Below the pieces are notes generated by a model. It was not told where the DNA came from, made no database searches, and saw nothing but the letters and a program-made list of their open reading frames with translations. From the human T2T-CHM13v2.0 reference genome, Homo sapiens: 64,000 nucleotides of DNA. The position numbers were made by a program, and so were the translations under genes. Below are positions 12,105-28,815 of the stretch, piece after piece (position 1 is the first letter of the stretch; the number at the start of each line of letters is the position of its first letter). Location: assembly GCF_009914755.1 (NCBI RefSeq), contig NC_060935.1; one strand, written 5' to 3'.

Positions 12105-12629
12105 GGGATAGCTTTAAACACAACTGCAGATTCTTGCACACTCTTTCCTTGAGGGGAAGGATCTGTGTCTCCACCCCTTGATTCTGGTTGAGGCTCTCAC
12201 TGAGTGAGCCAGTAAAGAATATTGGAAATGTCACTATGTGGGACTGCAAATGCTAGATCATAAAAGAGTATACTACTTCCCATGAGTAAGCTCATAGGAG
12301 CACTTAGCTGTCACATAAAAGGGTTCAACTACCCTGAAGCTGCTACAGTGGAGAGGCCACATAGAGGTATTCTTACTGACAATTTTGGCTGAGACCAGCC
12401 TTCTAGCTTTCCCATCAGGGTACAGACATGTAAGTAAAGAAGCCATTTTGGAAATGGGTTCTTGAGTCCAATTCACTGTCTTCCCAGTTCAGACCCTAGT
12501 CTCATGGGGTAGAAGTAAGCCATTCCTGCTCTGTCCTGTCTGAATTTCTAACCCATGAGGAAAATAGAACAGATGTTGCTTGATGTCACAAAGTTTGTGG
12601 TGGTTGCAAAATTGCTAGAGAAAGGAACA
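12105..12629 (+). mobile_element. MLT1 (F/G/H-like) MaLR LTR
   Basis: ctccaccccttga.tctgg..gaagccattttgga..ccattcctgctctgtcctgtctgaatttctaaccca..aagtttgtggtggttg. Confidence 0.7.
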
Positions 12630-12980
12630 AGAATGGCTATCAGCTTGATTTGACTTTAGATTTTGAGTCCATTATTTCCTCTTTGTAGTCCAATAAGCCC
12701 CTGCTCCACACAAACTGGCATCCCAGATTTTTAACTGGTGCTTTATTCACTAAGATTTCCCAGGGAAAAGCCTTCCCTAAACAGTTTGTTCCTACTCCGT
12801 TATTCTCTGCTGCTCGTTTATAGCCCAAATGGTCACTGCTGCTAAACCCAGGAATTTAGGTGTTAGCTACTACACACAAATGGAGAAAGATTTCTTTGGA
12901 ACAATAGGGCTTGTTTTGGGGCTATTGTTCGCTATCTTTTCCACTTCTAATTAAGAGCTGTATTAAAATTCTTAACATCG

Positions 12981-14930
<1,950 letters not shown>

Positions 14931-15749
14931 GTGATATGGTATACACAGCATAGAATTTATCCTGAAATCAAATCTTCTATCTGCATTCATGGGCCATATA
15001 ATACAACCATGTTATTTAAACTTCCTTTTATGTCCATATTTCATTTTTAAAATGACACTAATACCCTACTTATATGATGGCTAATAACTTAGCTTATGTA
15101 AAATTATAAGCATAATTTGGCATGTGATAAGGGCTTAACAGATGTTATAACACTTCCTCTTTAGTTCTTGTTAAATTCATGAGCAGTTTAGAGAATCCTT
15201 GAGAAGGGCCTTCTACCACCACAGAGAATGCGATATACCAAGTATTAGAAAAAAAAAAAAAGCTCTTTATTAAGGGGGAAATAGGAAATACAAGAAAATA
15301 AACTCTACTGGTAGTGATTTATCAGTATTTAGGAAGATAGAATAATCACAAAGTAAATGCCACATGCTTAAATATTTTACCCAAGAACTCAGCTAGACCA
15401 AAGAAGAATAACCAGAGTCTCCAGCTGAATCTACAGTTTTATGAAAATACAATATTTATATTTATAATCCAAAAATAAAATATATGACTCACTGAAACAA
15501 TAGTTTAAAATGTCTTATTAAATTATTTAGTAATATTTATTTGTGTTTTCCTTGGAAAAATATAGGTTAAGTTGAAAGCACTTTTCAAAATGCTTAAAAA
15601 ATTTAAAAATACAAATGAGGAAAAATGAGATAAAATAATAGGAACAGCACAGTGGAAACATCATTTGGAAATATATAAATTAATAAATTGTTACAGAATT
15701 GTTGAGGGGAAGAAAAACAGGAAGAAGAGAATCATTTTTTTAAATTTTT

Positions 15750-15895
15750 GCTGTGTGCTAGACCACAGGCTAGATATTTGCATGTATTCATTTAATTCAA
15801 ACTCACAACAAACTTATGGAGTAATTTCTAAAATTCCCATTTTATAGATGAGTAAACAGAGGCTCTTAGAGGTTATGTAAGTGTTCCTTGGCCAT
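15750..15895 (-). mobile_element. MIR
   Basis: cccattttatagatgagtaaacagaggctc..agaggtta. Confidence 0.75.
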
Positions 15896-15899
15896 AAAA

Positions 15900-16250
15900 C
15901 TGGTGCTGGAGAGACCCTACTGGCTTCTCTGTCTTCAGGTACATGGGGGATTATCATTCTCCACGTCTTTTGCAGTTAGGTAGGGTCATGTTATTATTTC
16001 CTTGTTGTGAACAGAAGTGACTGATGTGGGTCACTTTTTGATTTAAATGTATACGTGAAAAATTTCAATGTTCTCTTTCCTTGCTAAATTGGACAGAGGA
16101 GCCACCACATCGCAAAGAGCACAGCTATAAAACTAGAGCATGTGAACCTAGAGCAATGAGTTTCTGCATAGAGGGTAATTGCTCCAGGAAGTTACTCCAT
16201 CTCATAGTGGACTTTGTGTGAACAGGCAATACACTTTTGAGGCATTCAGT
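15900..16250 (+). mobile_element. MLT1J-like LTR fragment
   Basis: ttgcagttaggtagggtcatg..gtgaacagaagtga..gtcactt..tggactttgtgtgaa. Confidence 0.55.
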
Positions 16251-16974
16251 GTGATCGAAGGCCAGGCCATTCTGATGGCAAACTTTTAATTCTTTTTCTA
16301 TCTTTTTTTTCCTTCAAAAGCCACAGCCCCAGTCCTTAATTTATACGGAGATTGTGCACCTGAATCCCATGAATTCTATTCTTGGGGGTGTTTCGGCAAA
16401 ATCATCCAGATTTTGTTTGGTCTCTTAGGATTTTTACCATAATTTAATTCAGAGAGAAAAATAATATTATGTTCCTACAGGTGAGGGACTTGGCACGTAC
16501 CTGATTTATTTTGTAAAAATCTATTCAAGGAACACATATGCATTTTCAAACCATTTGGACTCTTGATGTTTGCCTAAGTAAAATTATTGTTAGTTCAAGA
16601 GCATCTAAATCCTTTGATCTGTCAATCAGGGTGGTTAATAGTGAAAGGTATGTTGTAGCCCTGAGTATTTCCACATCTAACTAAGAACAGCTTATAAGAG
16701 TGATTTTGAAAAAAAAAAACTGATTCTAAACAGCAAAGCTATAATAAATAATTCAGTCTTTAAATACAGACCAGATCCCTTAAAGGCAAAGAATGAATAT
16801 ACTCAGCATATTAATGATTTTCAGGTTTTATGAGATGCTTAGCAATTTCAGATGAAATTGTAAATGCTTTTATTTGAGAACTTTGAACATTACATCTTTA
16901 AGTATATTAAATGAAAGACAAGGCATGAATACGGATGTTGATCTTTGAGCCCAAATATTTCCATATTTTAATAA

Positions 16975-17316
<342 letters not shown>

Positions 17317-17449
17317 AAAAACCTGAATCAAATTTCTGTTATGGTTTTCTGTTTGAACTTGTAAAAGTCACATATTATCTTAGAATTTAAATCCCTGATT
17401 TATTAAATGTGACTGCTGTGCAACAAAATATAGTAATTTTGGAAAATAA

Positions 17450-17815
<366 letters not shown>

Positions 17816-18180
17816 TAAAAATTATTTCACATTGCTGTTTATAATATGGCTGACACTTGACTAATATTTATTCTTATTATATTTGCACTTCTTCAGCAAG
17901 GTAAAACATTTGAACTTATAACAATTAGGAATAGACCCACCTTCTCTGATTTTTGTCATTGAATTGTGTCCGTGTAGTGTTAGGAGATGCTCCTAGTACA
18001 ACAACCTCAGGAAGAGGAGTCAGTGAGGATCAGCCACTGCGTTTGAGCCTGAATAATAGAATGAAAAGCGCTTTAAGAGAGTTAAGGCCTCATTAAGCCA
18101 TGAGGCTACCTTGTTGGCTTAATATATCTTATGTGGATGGTGCCCTAAAACCCAATCCTCTTCGAGACCTTTGGCAGTAC

Positions 18181-18312
18181 CTGGCCAATAGTCTTGCCAC
18201 AGGGACAGTGTCGCTGAATCATGGTCCAGGCAAAGTCATTTCCAGTCTTTCATCAATCTTGTCTATCTTAAGGAGTAGAAGACCTGTATGATGAGATCAT
18301 CTGTTGTGGGGT
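18181..18312 (-). ncRNA. Candidate internal exon (132 nt)
   Basis: Long pyrimidine acceptor tttttctcctcattttctgttcctag|; donor CAG|gtactg; stops in all three through-frames. Confidence 0.28.
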
Positions 18313-19435
18313 CTAGGAACAGAAAATGAGGAGAAAAAGCCACTGTCCTCCCTCTCCTCACTCTATAGCATTGCATGTGCTCAATTACATAGTTTACATG
18401 AGTATGTGATTTCCTGTTTCTTTTTCTAACTAAAAGATAATCCAACATGTGCAGGTAGGCAAGAGCTAAGAATTAAATCAGCAGGTTTAGGTCAAAGTGG
18501 CTAACATTCTGTATAGAGGAAGCTGACAGGTCAAATTCAAGCTTGAACTGATAAGTACAAAGCCAGAAGTGGAGAGACAAGATACAACCAAAGGTACATA
18601 AAGGTAGAAATTAGAGAATTTCATATTCATGGGTCAGTTCAAACTCCACCTCTTCCATGAATTTTCTGCAATAGCTCTTTCAGGAGAAACTGCTTTTTAC
18701 ATAATCCTTTTTTATCTTGTTTGCTGATCATAAGTGAAAGATACATGCAGACTTGGACAAATAGAGATAAAAAGAGGGTGTGTCAGAGTGTTCATAGGAC
18801 AAATAATGGTGTGTTTTGATGGCTCATTTCTAATATCAGGTGCTTGATAAGTGGATGAATCATCCTGGCTTAAAGATATAAGTCTGATGTGGGCATTACC
18901 TTTGTATGGTAGTTTGCTCCTGATGACAAATGCAGGCTGGTCTGTGATAATGCTTTTGGCTGTATGGTGAGTGAGTGAACCAATGAACCATTGAGCCAGA
19001 TAATGAATCAGTGTTGGGCCTGATTACATTTTAAATGCATGTTAACCATTTAGCGCAAATTGGAAATACTATAAAGAGTCTAAAATGATTTACAAGTTTG
19101 ATTTAAATAAACTGAAATCTTTAAAATCTAAGCAAAAGGAGATAGCTTGTAGAAAGCACAGGCCAACTGACACTGAGTTGGTATCTAATAAATGTTTTCC
19201 TACTATTACTTTGTGGCTATATCTGAGCTTCTGCCAACTAATAATAGTTATGTATAAAATGTCATTGACTAGATTTTGTTTACAAATGATCTAAATCTAT
19301 GGGCCTGAAACATCATAAAATTTTATCTACCTAAATTTTAATACACTATATTATAAAGAATCTGGAGTTTTACTTAACCCACATTTTTAAGCAACAAATG
19401 TGATATTCAGTTTACTCTAATTCCACTAATTAATC

Positions 19436-19830
19436 TGTTGATAAGACAAATCTGAGTCTTTTATCACTAGAGAAAGAGATCATCACCTCTGCATAACTTT
19501 GACAATTTCCTCAAGGTTGGATGGAAAGGTAGAAATTTATTGAGAATTGGAAGTTTGGTTTAAGGCAAGTCTTTCAATATAAACACTTGATTGGGATTGG
19601 AAAGGACCATAATAGCTTCCCTTGGTGGAAACAAGAGCAAGATTTCAAGGCAGAAGATTTTTGCCTCAAAAACAATTTTAGGGCACAAACTGTTAATGTT
19701 TTCTATTGAAGAATTTATACAGTTTTCAGCATGTTCCTATAATGAAGAATCAAGCCATTTGCCTGGGCACGAGGCTTTCAGGAAAATAAAGTCATGTTAA
19801 TAATGACAGTGTAATAGCAAAGTCAGGTTG
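19436..19830. mobile_element. Possible old LTR fragment (family unassigned)
   Basis: TG start, tttatt (minus-strand poly(A) signal) and general resemblance to old ERV LTRs only. Confidence 0.3.
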
Positions 19831-20039
19831 ATTTAGGCAGTAACGTTTTAATTATTGGTGTCCAGGCTGAGTATAGACTAATGGTTTCATTTCCCAGTAT
19901 GGTTCCTATTTGTGTGGCCCTATGCAAGAAATACAACTGTGAATAGAATAACATATATCCTTCAGGATCTCAAAGATTCATGATGACTCAAAAATAAAAC
20001 ACTAATTTACTAATACTTATACCACGATGATATTGTAAA

Positions 20040-20290
20040 TGTGGAACAAAATGTCAATTAAGTTCAGAGGAAAAAAACTAAAATCTGTTAGGCGAAGTAG
20101 CAGTAAAAGTTGCTCTGAAGAGCTAATATCTCAGTTGAACTTCGAAGGACAGGTGGAAGTAACTGAGTAAGTGCAGGGGAACTCCGTGGTAATATTTCAA
20201 GGAGGAACAATAGCAAGTGTAAACATAACTAGGTGTGAAAGAGCACAGGTTGCTCAGAGCAGTTTGGCTTGGCTGAAAGTGCATTAGTGA
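20040..20290 (-). mobile_element. L2 fragment
   Basis: gaagagctaatatctcagttgaacttcgaagga..ggaacaatagcaagtgtaaa..cagtttggcttggctg. Confidence 0.6.
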
Positions 20291-20937
20291 ATTACCATTT
20301 TATTTTTGAGTCTTCATGAATCTGTGAGATCCTGAAGGATATATGTTATTCTATTCACAGGGGTATTTCTCACATAGGGCCATAGAAATAGAGGAGAGGG
20401 TGGACCATTGAAATTCTATGAACATTATAATCGTATTTTGGCTTTATGTGTAGGTAAAGGGGAATAATTTTAAGGGAAAATGATTAATACTAGTAACTGT
20501 TGAAAATAATAACTGGTTTCTACTTTTTAGTCCTAGAAGCAGAACATTTGGAATTAAAAAGACTTGGTTTCCCTCTAGGATATGTGAACCCTAATTGGAC
20601 TTTTCTTATGCTTTTCATAGTTCTGTTATAGTGCTGAGTGAGAAAGTAAAGCCAGTGATACCACAATTACACTTGAACAAGATGGATTTGTCAAGTCTCT
20701 AGAGTCCATTAAGAAAAAAAGAGAACAACAGACGATCACCCAAACTATGTCAAATTAATAAAGTCCTTAAGAGATATTTTACTTACCTCAGAGTACTTCA
20801 AGATTAAGCTCAAAGAAAGATAAGTAATAATAGACAGAAAAAAATATTAAAAATATAATTCTACATATAAAATGATGAAAAACTATAGCCACAAGCTGAT
20901 TGGATTGCCTCAACACATATTTATTAAATCAAGTATT

Positions 20938-21045
20938 AACTCATGCAACAATGTTTATTAGGTACTTTCTATGTTTCAAGCATTATTTTAGATGTTGAAG
21001 AAGCAAATCTAAATAAGTCCTAGTTGTTGCCTTGGAAGAATAAAT
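20938..21045 (-). mobile_element. L2 3' end
   Basis: tcatgcaacaatgtttattaggtactttctatgtttcaagca. Confidence 0.6.
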
Positions 21046-21078
21046 AGCTAATTATAAAATGTCTTCAAGCATACATAG

Positions 21079-21109
<31 letters not shown>

Positions 21110-21135
21110 AATATATACACATATACACACACAAA
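21079..21135. repeat. (CA)n/(TA)n microsatellite
   Basis: Direct reading. Confidence 0.95.
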
Positions 21136-21558
21136 CATATATAGACACAAGTGTATAGATATCTATTATCTATCTTCTATGTTTTGCAATGTGTATTATA
21201 CCTAATAAACATGTAGAGATAGAAAGTGTGGCTATTAAAGGAAGGAAGAAAGTTAATGCAGTCACTAGATATATGAGGAGGTTCTGAACATAAGACTTTT
21301 TCTTTTAAAGATGTAAGAATCTGAGTATGCTTAAATCTGATAGTTTTGGAGAATAATTGGATCTAGAAAAGATGAAAGTGAGAGTAGATAATGGATTGAA
21401 ATTTTGTGAGCTGGTTGTGTCAGAAAACAATAAAAGAAAGTAAAGATATTGACAAGAAATTAGTTGAAGTGCAGAGTGAATTCTCAAGTGGAAAAAATGA
21501 AGTAAAAATTAAATAGGCTTGCCATAGAAAAATAGGGTAATAAAGAAATTTCAAGTTA

Positions 21559-21885
<327 letters not shown>

Positions 21886-21943
21886 TCTAATAGAATACCA
21901 AGTGAAAGATGTTCAGTTTTTGACATCTTAACCTGGCTATATG

Positions 21944-23043
21944 TGTTGCAGGAAGTCAGGGACCCCGAACGGAGGGACTGGCTGGAGCCATGGCAGAGGA
22001 ACATAAATTGTGAAGATTTCATGGACATTTATTACTTCCCTAATAATACTCTTATAATTTCTTATGCCTGTCTTTACTTCAATCTCTGAACATAAATTGT
22101 GAAGATTTCATGGACATTTATCAGTTTCCAAATAACACTGTTATAATTTCTTACGCCTGTCTTACTTTAATCTCTTAATCCTATTATCTTCGTAAGCTGA
22201 GGATGTACGTCACCTCAGGACCACTATTGTACAAATTGATTGTAAAACGTGTGTTTGAACAATATGAACTCAGTGCACCTTGAAAAAGAACAGAATAACA
22301 GCAATTTTAGGGAACAAGGGGAGACAATCTTAAGGTCTGACTGACTGCCTGTGGGGTCAGGCAGAATAGAGCCATATTTTTCTTCTTGCAGAGAGCCTAT
22401 AAATGGACGTGCAAGTAGGAGAGATATCGCTAAATTCTTCTCCTAGCAAGGAATATTAAATATTAAGACCCTAGGAGAAGAATTGCATTCCTTGGGGGAG
22501 GTCTATAAATGGCCGCTCTGGGAGTGTCTGTCTTATGAGGTTGAGATAAGGACTGAAATATGCCCTGGTCTCCTGCAGTACCCTCAGGCTTATTAGGGTG
22601 GGGAAAAAATCCCGCCCTGGTGAATTTGAGGTCAGACCGGCTCTCTGCTCTCGAACACTGTTTTCTGTTGTTTAAGATGTTTATCAAGACAACATGTGCA
22701 CAGCCAAACATAGACTCTCATCAATAATTCTAATTTTGCCCTTTGCCTTGTGATCTGTGCTTTGCCCTTTGCCTTGTGATGTTTATTGGCCTCAGAAGCA
22801 TGTGATCTTTGTGACCTACTCCCTGTTCATACACCCCCTCTCCTTTTGAAATCCCTAATAAAAACTTGCTGGTTTTGCGGCTCAGGGGGCATCACGGACC
22901 TACCAATATGTGATGTCACCCCCAGCGGCCCAGCTGTAAAATTCCTCTCTTTGTACTCTTTTTCTTTATTTCTCAGACTGGCCAACACTTAGGGAAAATA
23001 GAAAGAACCTATGTTGAAATATTGGGGGTGGGTTTCCCCGATA
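21944..23043 (+). mobile_element. MER11 (HERV-K11/HML-8) solo LTR, B/C-like
   Basis: Starts tgttgcaggaagtcagggaccccgaacggaggg, ends gggggtgggtttccccgata; TATAAA boxes and AATAAA; degenerate 6-bp TSD tatatg/aacatg. Confidence 0.92.
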
Positions 23044-25049
23044 AACATGCTACCAAGTTGGCTTCAAGTAGGTCTAAGTTTCAATGTCTGGGAAGATATG
23101 ATGGTAGGACTTGCAATAGGAAGAGAATTGTGAGACAGGTCACAAAGTTTTCCAAATGTAAGAAATGGTGTTCAAGTTAACAGTCGATGACACAAATGAG
23201 AACCACAAAGATTGTCTATATATATAGAAAGGTACTCATATATATGAATTTTTCTTTTCTTTCTCTAGTTTTTCACATATAGAAGTAGCAACAGACCCTT
23301 AAGTATATCTGGGTACTTGCCGATACTCCTTCAAGCCCATGAGTTGTAGGAGAATGAACAGCATATACTCAAGAGAAATGTAGTGGAAGTATTATCCTTT
23401 AGGGGACCTTGTGTTTTAAGGAGTCCAGGAGGTGTGAAAGTACACGAAGACTCCAGAAATTCTGGAAGTCAGAGATGGAAGAGCAATAATCAAGAGGTTA
23501 GGTTAAGTAAAAGGAAGTGCAATTTAGGTCTTTGAAAATATCATTGACTAGAGTTACTAATATGTTAAGCAGAAGCATAAAAGGGCTGCAAGGCATCTCT
23601 TGTTGGAACACAGATTTTTCCAAACAATTAATCCCGCTAGTTGCCTGCAGAAGGAAAGTAGGTAAGTGTTAGTGCTTAGCTCTCTCAAAATGGGTCAGCT
23701 AGAGATTATATTGACTCTGCTTCTGTAGATGACTAGTTCAGGTGAGCAAATTGAGAATGGGACAATTCAATTCCTAGAACTGTGACTTGTAATTGAAAAT
23801 AACACCAGGTTCTAGAATATAAGAAGATAGCACTTCTTTGGAAAGAGCCAACAGGGCTCCAGAGAGAGGGTGGAAGTGGAACTGGCTTTAGAATGGACTA
23901 TAATTTTTTTTGGATTTTTTTTCAATTGTCAGTGGAATATTTAAATAGAAAAAAGCTCTGCAGAAGTTAAAAATGTCAGATGCAACATTTTGTTAAAGTC
24001 ATGTCTAACTTAAGAGAAACATTTGCAAACCACTTTCTTTTGTAAATAATTGGGATTATGACATTGAAAAGAGAGTGAAAGGAAGAGTATAAGAAAATGA
24101 AGAGAGGAAAAGGGATGTGATTCCCTGTAGTGAAGTGTCTGAAGAAAACAGAGTAAAAGTTTACAAAGTAGAAAAAATTGTAGAGATAATTCAAAAGTAG
24201 AGATAATTTCAAAAAGCAGATTATCAGCACTGAGAAATATAAGGGCAGTCATATGCTATGAAAAAAAATACCTTGACAGGTATGATATTTTATAAAATAT
24301 TTTTTATAAAACAAGAGCAAGTATAAGTTTTCCTTCAGGCTTTATATACCCATGGGCTTCCTGTGATGAGATGATGTTACCAATAACAATTAAAACTCCA
24401 CAGGTAGGTAACAATGAAGAGATTAGTAGGCTTTTCCGTACTGGGTGAATATAAAAACAGTCCTGTTGTTTGTGGACTTTGTAGCTGCTCAAGCAGTATC
24501 TTGTATTAGAGCTTCACAGCCTGTTTCATTCTTCCTTTCATTCACTCAGCAAATATTTATTGAACTGCTTGTGTGCACAAGCTATAGACTGATCACCATT
24601 CTTTAGAAAATACTATCACATGTTTTTGGAGGGCTGTGGAGGTGGGTTTTTTTTTTTTTTAATTTTGCTTACGACTATGTACAGGATTGGGAAATGTTGT
24701 GTATCCAAGGTGTATTATATATTTTTCAAATTTCAGTATTCTTATTTTATAAACCTTCCTTTATCTGTTTGCCAGTGTGCATCATGACACCATAAGACTA
24801 TCTTCATGTTGCTTGCATTGGGCCATGTGGGTTTGCATATCTGATGGGGCACAATCATCAGCAAATAATAGCTTATGTGTGATTATCTCAAGGACTCATG
24901 ATTATTAGCAGAACTGTTGATTTAAAATATGGGCTGGAAAGTGGAAACAGAAAATGCTTCTGAGTTTTTGGGTCTTTAAAACATTGAAATAGAATGCAAA
25001 GCATGTGTCAAAGAATTCAAATCCCCCTGTCATGATGGGTTGCATAAAT

Positions 25050-25312
25050 TAGCATTTCCCAGAATATATTCTACAGAATGCTTAGAAGCTGGATACTCAT
25101 TTATTAAAGGTTTTCTGGTCAACCAAGTTTAGAAAATGTTGGATTAAACTTCTCTGCTTCAAGACTTTCAATATCTTTAATTTGACAGTTTAAAAATTTG
25201 CATTATGATCTTCAGTCAAAGGGCAGAAATAGCCAAAGTTATCCGACCTGGAAATCCCAAACAGATACTTAAGTGGTATTAGTGTTTCATGGAATACATT
25301 GTGTGAAACATT
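25050..25312. mobile_element. hAT-Charlie-type MITE
   Basis: Degenerate terminal inverted repeats agcatttcccagaatatattc / gaatacattgtgtgaaacattg. Confidence 0.5.
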
Positions 25313-25574
25313 GCTTTTGTCAAAATTGATGCATTTTAAAGTTCTTCCTGTAGGCTTTTAAAGGAATTGTTTACCCAGTTAAAAAATTTATGATAATGTA
25401 ACTCAATTGGGAATGTTTAATTTGTGTCTCAGTTTGAGTAAATAGCACACATAAGTAGACATTTCTAACAAAAATAGACAGGTAAAAGTCAGTGGAAAAT
25501 ATGATTCCAATAGTAAATGATATACATTTAAACTTGCTAAAAATACAACTCCTTTCGACTCAGTAAAAGAGAGT

Positions 25575-25810
25575 GAGCAAAGAAGCCTAATGGCTAAGGC
25601 ATATGCTAAGGAGACAATACACCTGAGAGTGCATCATTACTTTGACATGCACTAACTGTAAACTTGGGTAAGTTTCAAAATATTTCTGTTTCTCAGTTTT
25701 CTCATCTGGAAACCAGGAATTATGATGATAGCCAACCTCACAAGGTGAGTTAGTAAAATATGAAACTCATAGAATGTCTGGTAATAAAATTGCATAATAA
25801 ATGTTGAGGA
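25575..25810 (+). mobile_element. MIR
   Basis: ctgtttctcagttttctcatctg.aaa core; taataaatgtt 3' end. Confidence 0.7.
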
Positions 25811-26182
25811 TTTTATTACATGTAAAAGCATTATATTTAGCTCTATAAATACGGAACCCTGGCAATACAAATTCAACAGTTGAATTCAGAAAGGCTGTAT
25901 GTTAAATAAACTAGTTTTTACAATTGGATATTTCTTCTAATATACCAAAACTGAAGATTTTGATGTATTGTGTCATCAAAATCATTTATCTAGAGATGTA
26001 TTATGTATGCTGCAAATAAATTAGAACCCAGATGAATCTTATTTCTTAATAGAAATGGATAAATTACTTTAGGCAAATTTGTTAGTTGTTTGAGCTCAAT
26101 TTCCAAACTAAGAATATTATTTTCATGTTAAATTGAAAAAAAGTGATTTTTTTCTACAACTTACTTCACAGGCCCAAACATA

Positions 26183-26290
26183 AGAAGAAAACTGAGGTAC
26201 AAAGAGGTTATGATAACTTGCCCAAAGTCATATAACTAATAATTCACAGGACTGAAATTTGAACCTGGCTTTGTATGATTTCAGAGCTAA
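26183..26290 (-). mobile_element. MIR fragment
   Basis: gaaaactgaggtacaaagaggtta..taacttgcccaaagtca..atttgaacctgg. Confidence 0.75.
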
Positions 26291-27219
26291 ATTACAGTAC
26301 TTCCTATGATACCAAGAGATTTTTAAGCATGCAATTCAAGAGACATGTTAGGTAAATAAAACTTTTAGTTGTATAAGCAGAGTCACTAGGAAAAGAATAT
26401 CTTTTTCTGGGGACCATATAGTGGAATTTCAGTAACTTGATCTTTGGACAACTTTTTTTTTTTTTGGATATTCTTGCACATTTATCAACTTGCAACACAA
26501 GAGCATAAAGTTTTAGATCATTTAAATAACGGATGAGATCAAAAAAATACAGTGGTTGAAAAATATAGAGGCTAATTTAAGTCTGCAGGTGCTACTTTGG
26601 AAAATTTAGGAGTTAATATCCCCCGGGAAAATTTCATCCAGCTGCTTTTGATTAGGGAATACAGCTGTAATCTTGAAAATCTTCTAAAAAGCATTCATGC
26701 CTCCTGAGTTGTGAATAATTAGTCAATTGGTTTTTTTATGACTAGTGTCCAGTAACTAGCTATGGAGAACAAAACAAGGACAAAGAACATAGATGTACTA
26801 GACAGAAAGATGTCCTTTTCCTCTGTCAAATACATGTCCTTAAATACGTGTCTGGTTGTACCGATCTTACACATAATTACAAAACATTTCAATAAGCTAC
26901 ATTTTATTGATATGACTTCTGAACACTTTAAATATTTTATGCAAAGTTCAGAACAGCCAGAAAGGTATATTTCCATGCACATATAAGAGAGTGATGGACC
27001 GACTACTCAGGTTAAGAAATAAAGCAGAAATACTTTTGTTTCTATCCATTTCTTCCAGAACAATTGTTAGTTCTCCTGCAAGGTGAACCTTATTTCAGTA
27101 CTAATTATTTGCCAGTGTAGCCTTTTTTTAGTTTTTTTTTTTGTTGTTGTTGTTGTTTTTTTTTTTTTTTTTGAGATGAGTTTAGCTAGATTTACTTTTT
27201 GTTTAAAATAACTTATTTC

Positions 27220-27478
<259 letters not shown>

Positions 27479-27880
27479 CCCAATTATTTCTTGTTAGCTA
27501 AAATCCAATGCAAATATGGTCAATAATTTACGTGTTGGAAAGATATCTTAATTTTCCCAATCTTCGCATTTATGTGCCTAATAACTATTCAAAACTTTTA
27601 CATTGAGCTCACCCTTTTGATCCTCTATGGCACGTACCACACATCCACCTTCAAATGATGATTCCTATTCAATAGGTAATAATTAACATACACTTTAAAG
27701 GGAAGTCAGTATTCAGAGAAAGTTAATCATAATTAAGAGTATTAAAAAGGGATGGCAAGCATATTTTGTTACAAAATATCATTACTTCCTATTTTAACTG
27801 CTTTCACTTTATCACTTCTGTCACCTTTTTGTTTTAACTCGTTAAAACAATATCAGTTGGTGACAGATTATTAAAATTAA

Positions 27881-28288
<408 letters not shown>

Positions 28289-28289
28289 G

Positions 28290-28815
28290 AAAAATAGTTT
28301 GTGACAATAAAAAGTTGAAAATTATCTGAATGTCCATTTATGGGTTTTAATTTAAAATATTATGGTCATCTATAAAAAAAGTATTTTAAAGCCATTAAAA
28401 AGGTAACTAAATCAATGGACATGGGAAGATGATTAAAAATACTATTAAGTGAGCACAAGGAAAAGCATAGCATGTAACACATATAAATATATGTGTGCTG
28501 TATACATATACATAATATACACGTATTCCAAAACTATATAAATTTTAATTCCACGTATGTTTAATAAAGCATAATAATTTATGGCTATCTCTATGAAAGC
28601 ATAATTTATGGTTATCTCTATAATTTACGGTTATCTCTATGCTTATCTCTATGAAAAGGTGAGGGTTCAGGGATTCTCAATTTTGAATCTATTTCTGCAC
28701 TCGATTTTTAAAGAAAAAACTGAGTTATATTGCTTCACTGCACTACAGTCTGGTGACAGAGTGAGACCTGTCACAAAAATGTACATATATTATTTGTGTA
28801 ATCAAATTAAAAAGA
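28290..28815 (+). mobile_element. Old L1M(E) 3' fragment with a short Alu 3' remnant at ~28720-28778
   Basis: aatgtccatt..aaagccattaaaa..gacatgggaagat..tattaagtga; cactgcactacagtctggtgacagagtgagacctgtc. Confidence 0.55.
28566..28653. repeat. Short degenerate tandem repeat with a (t/c)tatctcta core, 4 copies
   Basis: Direct reading. Confidence 0.85.

Noticed and set aside
21997-22180. ~90-bp direct repeat that could be mistaken for an array
   Set aside because: Internal duplication within the MER11 LTR; two copies only, no spacers, eukaryotic DNA, so not CRISPR
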